This document shows positions 58,247-64,000 of a stretch of 64,000 nucleotides of DNA, in pieces. The stretch comes from Clostridia bacterium (lineage in GTDB: Bacteria > Bacillota > Clostridia > TANB77 > CAG-465). The notes beneath the pieces were generated by a model that was given only the letters and a program-made list of their open reading frames with translations, was not told where the DNA came from and ran no database searches. Where the stretch lies: assembly GCA_028692955.1 (NCBI GenBank), contig JAQUWH010000006.1, positions 8,273 to 72,272 on the forward strand, written 5' to 3'. Each line of letters begins with the position of its first letter. The first letter of the stretch is position 1. The translations under genes were made by a program, and so were the position numbers.

Positions 58247-58935
58247 ATTTAAATACAACTATTGTTAAAGTTAAACTTCAGATGGTGCTTATAAATTACC
58301 GTATAATTTTTAATTTAAATACAACTATTGTTAAAGTTAAACCTTTACACTTAAAGAACCATCATAGCTCCCCTTTAAATTTAAATACAACTATTGTTAA
58401 AGTTAAACAACACAAAATTGGACTGTGCAACAATCTACTGCAAAATTTAAATACAACTATTGTTAAAGTTAAACAGAAGTAAAACAATGTACTAAATTAA
58501 AATTACCAGATTTAAATACAACTATTGTTAAAATTAAACTCTGATGCAATGGCGTTAGTTGAAGATTCTGGCTAATTTAAATACAACTATTGTTAAATTT
58601 AAACAAGACAATCAAATATAACAGGTGCTAACGATTTTAAATTTAAATACAACTATTGTTAAAGTTAAACTTAAACTATGTGGTACAAGCCACTCTCCAT
58701 ATAATCTGATTTAAATACAACTATTGTTAAAGTTAAACTTGTACTACATTGCCAGCAACTTGCATTGTATCATTAATTTAAATACAACTATTGTTAAAGT
58801 TAAACATCAAAATGTCTTATATTTATATCAGATTCTTTTTCATTTAAATACAACTATTGTTAAAGTTAAACCTAAATTTTATTTTGACTTTGATAATTAT
58901 TGTTAATTTAAATACAACTATTGTTAAAGTTAAAC
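58247..58935 (-). CRISPR. CRISPR array: 11 x 30-bp repeats and 10 spacers (34-38 bp)
   Basis: Plus-strand repeat is ATTTAAATACAACTATTGTTAAAGTTAAAC. The minus-strand form GTTTAACTTTAACAATAGTTGTATTTAAAT resembles clostridial type I-B repeats. Repeat starts: 58247, 58313, 58379, 58445, 58510, 58575, 58641, 58709, 58776, 58842, 58906. The leader side faces cas2. Confidence 0.95.
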
Positions 58936-59073
58936 CATTGAAAAATAAGGATTCCATTATAAGTATAATACCATATACCTATTGATAATTCAACATTTTA
59001 TCATATTTTTTCCAGCTAAATGTTGTTTTTTTAATTTGTTGCTATCAGCGGGTTTCAACGATTTGGCTGGAAA

Positions 59074-59367
59074 TTACAAGAATATATCCTCTGTATTTTT
59101 ATTTATATTGCCAATGGTTGTTTCACCAATTGTTTTAAAATTCATTATTTTTATAATGGAAATAAAATCCTCTTCTTTGTTGATGACCTTTTTTAATTCA
59201 TTTTCAAGTTCAATGATACTAGAAGGAGATATGGCGCCCCTAAATACAGATTTTTGCCAATGATTTAAATATTTTTTACATTTCTTAAATACTTTTCCTA
59301 CTCTTTTTTCTTTAACATCATAAAATAAAAATACATAGTTATAATTAAAATTATCTTTCGAACTCAT
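59074..59367 (-). CDS. cas2: CRISPR-associated endoribonuclease Cas2
   Basis: 97 aa. FLFYDV...KRVGKV...L..WQKSVF fits the Cas2 ferredoxin-fold pattern. It overlaps cas1 by 4 nt and is adjacent to the array. Confidence 0.85.
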   Translation of the reverse strand: MSSKDNFNYNYVFLFYDVKEKRVGKVFKKCKKYLNHWQKSVFRGAISPSSIIELENELKKVINKEEDFISIIKIMNFKTIGETTIGNINKNTEDIFL

Positions 59368-60365
59368 TGTTTCTCCTCTATATTAAAAGGCGTAAATTCT
59401 TTGCCTTCCATAATATATTTAATTAGCTTATAACCATCTAATTTAATGGCATGTTGATATGAAATTTGCCTCTTTAATTTTGAGTGCATAAAAGTTTGAT
59501 TTAATCGCTCCTCAAAAGAATCAATAAACAGTTTTTTTCCCTCCTCATTTAATAAGGCATAATTATATTTTTTCTCAAAGTGTTTGTCAACCTTTATTTT
59601 TTCATTATTCACAAGTTCAAATATTGTTTTATACACAATAATTGGCTTAAAAGCTTCACTTAAATCTAAAGAGAGTGAAAAACGTGCCTCACTTGGTTCA
59701 TGTAAAAAAGATATAGTTTGATTAAGATGGGTACGATAAATTTGTGCTATTGTTTTTGTATATAGTAATGTATTACCAAATGATACCAATGCGTTCATAG
59801 GATTATCAGGAGGTCTCTTTACCCTTTTATTCATTAAGAACTCTTCTGGTAAAAAATATTGAAAGCTTGAATAAAACTCTGACCATATTCTGCCTTCTAT
59901 AGCTAATATTTCTTTTATATCAGTTACTTTATTTAATAATTTTGGTACTTTCTGCTTATAGAAATCAAGTATATCTTTTAGTTCATTTGTACCATGTCTA
60001 TAATAGTGATATAGTGTAAAATATATATTATTTGCCATTCCCATAACAAATACTTTTGCAATTTTTTCTCTATTATTGCTATAAGTAAATGCTTGATTTA
60101 CTACTAAATTTCCACTAATTAGTGATTCTTTTGGATAAAATGTTCCCACATAATTTCCATAGTAATTAAAAAAATTTACAGTAATCCCTGCCTTTGAAAG
60201 TATTTCTAATAATTTCGTGGAAAGTGTTATATCATTAAAACAATAGAGTTCCCTTACTTTTTCAATCGGAAGGTAAAAATTACCTTTTTCATTTTTATAT
60301 TGAATAGAGAAATCCTTTCTACTTAAGTCACCTTTTGAAAAAATATATTTGCTTTCTTCTTTCAT
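59364..60365 (-). CDS. cas1: CRISPR-associated endonuclease Cas1
   Basis: 333 aa. Cas1 blocks (RPPDNPMNALVSFGNTLLY, FLHEPSEARFSLSLDLSEAFKP). Confidence 0.93.
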   Translation of the reverse strand: MKEESKYIFSKGDLSRKDFSIQYKNEKGNFYLPIEKVRELYCFNDITLSTKLLEILSKAGITVNFFNYYGNYVGTFYPKESLISGNLVVNQAFTYSNNREKIAKVFVMGMANNIYFTLYHYYRHGTNELKDILDFYKQKVPKLLNKVTDIKEILAIEGRIWSEFYSSFQYFLPEEFLMNKRVKRPPDNPMNALVSFGNTLLYTKTIAQIYRTHLNQTISFLHEPSEARFSLSLDLSEAFKPIIVYKTIFELVNNEKIKVDKHFEKKYNYALLNEEGKKLFIDSFEERLNQTFMHSKLKRQISYQHAIKLDGYKLIKYIMEGKEFTPFNIEEKQ

Positions 60366-60379
60366 ATATTCACCTCAAA

Positions 60380-60871
60380 TTATAAATAGCAATATTCATA
60401 ATAAGCACATTTTTTACATCCTTTTAACCATTTGCCATCTGGTACTGTTTTACTTTCTAATAGTTTTTCTATGTTTTGCATACATTCTTTTAATTCTTTG
60501 ATTGTTTCTTCCTTTAATAGTATGATCGTATTTTCTTCATTACTATTTTTTTCGTTAAAAGTAAGTTTCCCATCACGGGTAATTCCTTTCTTATTTAACT
60601 CATATAAGTATAACAAGACTTGCATTCTAGCAGCTTTTATATCAGAGTCGCTCTTTTTTAGCTCTACCACATATTTATCAGTAATTTTATCAATTGCTAT
60701 AGCATCTAATTTTATCTCTGTATTGCTTTTATCCATATTTTTAATTTCATGCAACACTTTACCAATTCTCACATCTTCTGAATTGTCCTCTAAATTCATT
60801 CTATTAGCATATAAATAACACTGCCTTTTGCAATGAAAATAATAATTGATTATAGTTCCTGTTATTCTCAT
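60380..60871 (-). CDS. cas4: CRISPR-associated exonuclease Cas4
   Basis: 163 aa. N-terminal Cys plus a C-terminal CKKCAYYEYC cluster and a RecB-like core (DKYVVELKKS). Confidence 0.85.
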   Translation of the reverse strand: MRITGTIINYYFHCKRQCYLYANRMNLEDNSEDVRIGKVLHEIKNMDKSNTEIKLDAIAIDKITDKYVVELKKSDSDIKAARMQVLLYLYELNKKGITRDGKLTFNEKNSNEENTIILLKEETIKELKECMQNIEKLLESKTVPDGKWLKGCKKCAYYEYCYL

Positions 60872-63309
60872 AGAAAAATACCTCCTGTATAAGAAATGTA
60901 TTTCTCTCTATTAAATTTTCCATCTTCCATAAACTCTTTTCCATTTTGTATATAATAAATATTACCGAATTCTTCATCATAATAATTTGTATTACTATTC
61001 TTATATTTATATATTTGATAAATGAATAAGTTTAATTTTGGTTTTATTTTTGAAAGTTCTATTTGTTTTCGAGCATAAGAAATATCATTATTGAATACTA
61101 TATTTTTGTATTGTCTCCATATTTCCTCTCCGACTATTTTCTCATCATGTATTGTTATAGTATCATTCAGAAATATTTGTATGGTATTACTATCAATTAA
61201 TTTTAGTTTATTACTCATTTCTTTAAAATTTAAACTGCCACAATATTCATATAAGTTAGCTATATTGTTATTAGTATATTTTTCAGTATGAGTGTATATT
61301 TTTTCCATAATAAGTTTATAATAACTCTCAAAATCTTTTGTTTGCAATATCTTTCTTATATACTCTTCCTTTATGGTATATTCACTTCTATAATCATTTT
61401 TGTAAATAGCATCTTCATTGTCTAAATTAAAAAAGTAAGCAACACAATCTTTCTTTTTAGAAGAACGATTAATTCTTCCCAAAAATTGTTCTTCATTATC
61501 TAAATAAGAAATATCTTTAAATCCTATATCCATATCTATATCAACGCCAGCTTCAATCGTTTGCGTCGCCACTAATAGTAACGGTTTATCTTCTTTCGTT
61601 AGAGTAATAATTTGTTCCCTTGTATAAACATTATCGTCACCTGTTAATTCATACACATTTTCAAGATGACTCTCTTTTAACAATTTATAAAAAGCAGAAG
61701 CAGATTTTTTAGAGATAAATTCTACTAATACTTTCTTATTTTTATATTCTTGTATTTTTTTAAATAATGCTTCTTGTATATTTTCTACATTAAGCAGTGA
61801 AAAGTCAAGTTTTACTCTATCCTTAAACAAACTGTTTTCAAAATAATGATTTCTATTTGCCATTAAAGAACAAATTTCTTCTTCGCTGTTATCCTTTAAT
61901 AATACATTTAACTTTGGTAACGTTGCTGACATGATAATGATCTTTATATTCAAGTAACTTGCAAATTTTATGAGTAATGTAATCATTTCTCTCCATATTT
62001 TGTTAGAGTATGCCTGAATTTCATCTAACACAATGATACTATTTACTAAATCATATAGGTTATATTTCCCTGATTTAGAAGTACCAAACAGTATATCAAA
62101 TAAATTTACATGTGAAGTGAGCTTAATAGCAAACTGTCTAAACTCACTTTTTATATATGCCATTTCATAGTTTAACACTTCTTTGCTTTCCTCTACCATA
62201 GGGGTACATGAGTTAATGACTATGAAATCATTATATTCTTTAAAATACTTTGCAAGTGTTTCTTTTGTTTGATCGATCAATGTATTAAATGGAAAGATAT
62301 AATTAATGGATTTAATCTCTTTATGATTATTATATAAAATACGTGAAAGATTAATGGCCATATTTGTTTTACCACTACCAGTTGGTGCTTCTAGATAATA
62401 AATCACCTTATCTAAATGACTTAACATGTTCTCTTCTGCTTCTATGAACATATCACTTCTTAATTGATTCATTCCGTTTAGATTTATTTCCTTCTTTTCG
62501 TATTGATGAATCTGCTGATATAACTCACTAGTCTCATAATCTGAAAATAAATTTTCCTTCTTTTGCCTTGTTATCAATATTTTTTCACCTGTCATAAATT
62601 CACAAGTAGATAAAAAATCAGAGGTAACCAAACAAGAATAGAGCAATTCATTTAATAGATATAATAAAATTTCATCTATTTGGAATACTTCCATAAACTG
62701 TTTCATTCTTCCATTGGTATAGCTACTATTATTTTCTGATTCTGGATATTGAATTTTATAAGTATCATATAATTCCACAATAGAAAGTTTAGTAAGATAA
62801 TGGGATAAATCTGTTAAATTTGAATGATGTCTTGATATAATATAACTAAAATAATAAATGATATACTCCAAAAATTTCGTTTCCTTTTTGTCATATTCAC
62901 CTAATTCTTGTTCTTCATATATTTGTCTCTTAAAGGCATCCAAATAAATCCTTGCGGAGATCAATGAATGCTCTGTACTTCCTTTTTCATTTGCTTTAAT
63001 ATCATTTTCCATATTTTCTCTTTGGAAATTAGGATTAATTTTACCAATATCGTGATAGTAAATAGCGGCTTTAAAAAGTTCATATACCTTTTGTATTGAT
63101 TTATCCCCCACTTTATTCGCACGTGCTAAATCATTGATGATTTTAGTCACTACTTTATCTAGTCCTTTGTATTTTTCCATTTGTAAATAATAGTCATAGG
63201 TTAATTTCATATGTTCAAAGAGCAACTCTTTTTGCAAGTTGCCCTCCTTTTCTTTTTTATGTGCATAAATAGTATCTTTTACTAACTCATCTATATATTT
63301 GTTATACAT
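60868..63309 (-). CDS. cas3: CRISPR-associated helicase/nuclease Cas3 (HD + SF2 helicase fused)
   Basis: 813 aa. HD motif YYHDIGKINPNFQ, Walker A APTGSGKTN and DEAD-like VLDEIQ. Confidence 0.9.
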   Translation of the reverse strand: MYNKYIDELVKDTIYAHKKEKEGNLQKELLFEHMKLTYDYYLQMEKYKGLDKVVTKIINDLARANKVGDKSIQKVYELFKAAIYYHDIGKINPNFQRENMENDIKANEKGSTEHSLISARIYLDAFKRQIYEEQELGEYDKKETKFLEYIIYYFSYIISRHHSNLTDLSHYLTKLSIVELYDTYKIQYPESENNSSYTNGRMKQFMEVFQIDEILLYLLNELLYSCLVTSDFLSTCEFMTGEKILITRQKKENLFSDYETSELYQQIHQYEKKEINLNGMNQLRSDMFIEAEENMLSHLDKVIYYLEAPTGSGKTNMAINLSRILYNNHKEIKSINYIFPFNTLIDQTKETLAKYFKEYNDFIVINSCTPMVEESKEVLNYEMAYIKSEFRQFAIKLTSHVNLFDILFGTSKSGKYNLYDLVNSIIVLDEIQAYSNKIWREMITLLIKFASYLNIKIIIMSATLPKLNVLLKDNSEEEICSLMANRNHYFENSLFKDRVKLDFSLLNVENIQEALFKKIQEYKNKKVLVEFISKKSASAFYKLLKESHLENVYELTGDDNVYTREQIITLTKEDKPLLLVATQTIEAGVDIDMDIGFKDISYLDNEEQFLGRINRSSKKKDCVAYFFNLDNEDAIYKNDYRSEYTIKEEYIRKILQTKDFESYYKLIMEKIYTHTEKYTNNNIANLYEYCGSLNFKEMSNKLKLIDSNTIQIFLNDTITIHDEKIVGEEIWRQYKNIVFNNDISYARKQIELSKIKPKLNLFIYQIYKYKNSNTNYYDEEFGNIYYIQNGKEFMEDGKFNREKYISYTGGIFL

Positions 63310-63318
63310 AAACTCCTC

Positions 63319-64000
63319 CTAAAAGAAATATAGCTTTTTATTGTTTACCTCAAATAGATTTTCCGAATAATCCGTGTTAATCTTTTTATTTGTATAGGTG
63401 AATTCTTTAAAATGATCATACCCAATTTGTGCATCTAATGCAGTTGGCATCATTTCCTTGTATTCAAAATATATCGTATCATCAGAATATAGCTGCGCAT
63501 CGAAATCAAAGAAATCATCTTCTAACGAATAAGGAATATCGGTAAATATAGAGTCAATAACACCATTTAATTGTTTACACTCATTTGCTTGCAATACTTC
63601 AACATCACAAATGTCTGCAAAATGCTCATTTTTCCCTATATATGGTATGTATTCACATTTTTTATTTAGTAAATATTCTTTTAGTTTAAAAAATATTTGT
63701 GTATGATCTGAAAGAATATAGATATCCCAATCTGGTTTTTCTAAATATTGTTCTGAAACAATTAGATTATTTCCCTCTTCAAAAGAAGCATATCCAACGC
63801 TATTATTGAATTGTTGTATCTTCTTTGTAAACGTACCTACTTTTGAATTTGGTACAATAGCTATTTTTAGTTCCTTTAAATTTTCATAGAATTCAGGTAG
63901 TACATTACCTTCTTGTTTCAATTCTTGCAATAATAGGTTATAATTGTAACCATTTTCTCCAATAATAGCACCAAGAAGACCAAGTAACATAATTTTATGG
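63319..64000 (-). CDS. cas5: Cas5 (type I-B), N-terminus outside the window
   Basis: The frame is open to the window edge. GLLGAIIGE is the Cas5 glycine-rich N-terminal motif. Its position upstream of cas3 matches the I-B order cas6-cas8b-cas7-cas5-cas3-cas4-cas1-cas2. Confidence 0.7.
   Translation of the reverse strand, partial: HKIMLLGLLGAIIGENGYNYNLLLQELKQEGNVLPEFYENLKELKIAIVPNSKVGTFTKKIQQFNNSVGYASFEEGNNLIVSEQYLEKPDWDIYILSDHTQIFFKLKEYLLNKKCEYIPYIGKNEHFADICDVEVLQANECKQLNGVIDSIFTDIPYSLEDDFFDFDAQLYSDDTIYFEYKEMMPTALDAQIGYDHFKEFTYTNKKINTDYSENLFEVNNKKLYFF

Noticed and set aside
58225-58906. ORFs at 58225-58482 and 58724-58906 containing repeated LNTTIVKVK
   Set aside because: These are translations through the CRISPR repeats, not genes.

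Overview
AT-rich chromosomal segment from a low-GC Firmicute, Clostridia-like by gene content and CRISPR repeat type. Typical 60-nt stretches hand-count to about 28% G+C. All family assignments come from motif recognition by eye; no database search was run.

Most of the window is core housekeeping: hemW, polA, yebC, guaD, clpX-clpP-tig, typA, cmk, plsC, serS, engB, dapA, rlmB, lepA, ppiB and an NMT1-type ABC importer.

Accessory and unusual content:
1. The class III ribonucleotide reductase operon reads nrdD, a 95-aa ORF, nrdG, nrdR. The C-terminal 34 residues of the 95-aa ORF duplicate the NrdD glycyl-radical motif. This could be a GrcA/YfiD-style spare part for NrdD, and I rank it the most interesting signal.
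2. NrdD carries a 3 x 34-aa tandem helical insertion.
3. A cyclic beta-1,2-glucan synthase (Cgs/NdvB-like) is encoded as two abutting, translationally coupled genes of 1864 aa and 682 aa.
4. A class B sortase sits beside a surface-protein gene whose LPXTG-like sorting signal is out of frame. Degraded ISL3 remnants lie next to this island.
5. A YneA-like LysM gene has two LexA (Cheo) boxes but no adjacent lexA.
6. Two G+C-rich orphan genes (about 43-45% in hand-counted stretches) each have a consensus promoter.
7. A type I-B CRISPR-Cas locus (cas5 partial, cas3, cas4, cas1, cas2) has an 11-repeat array.
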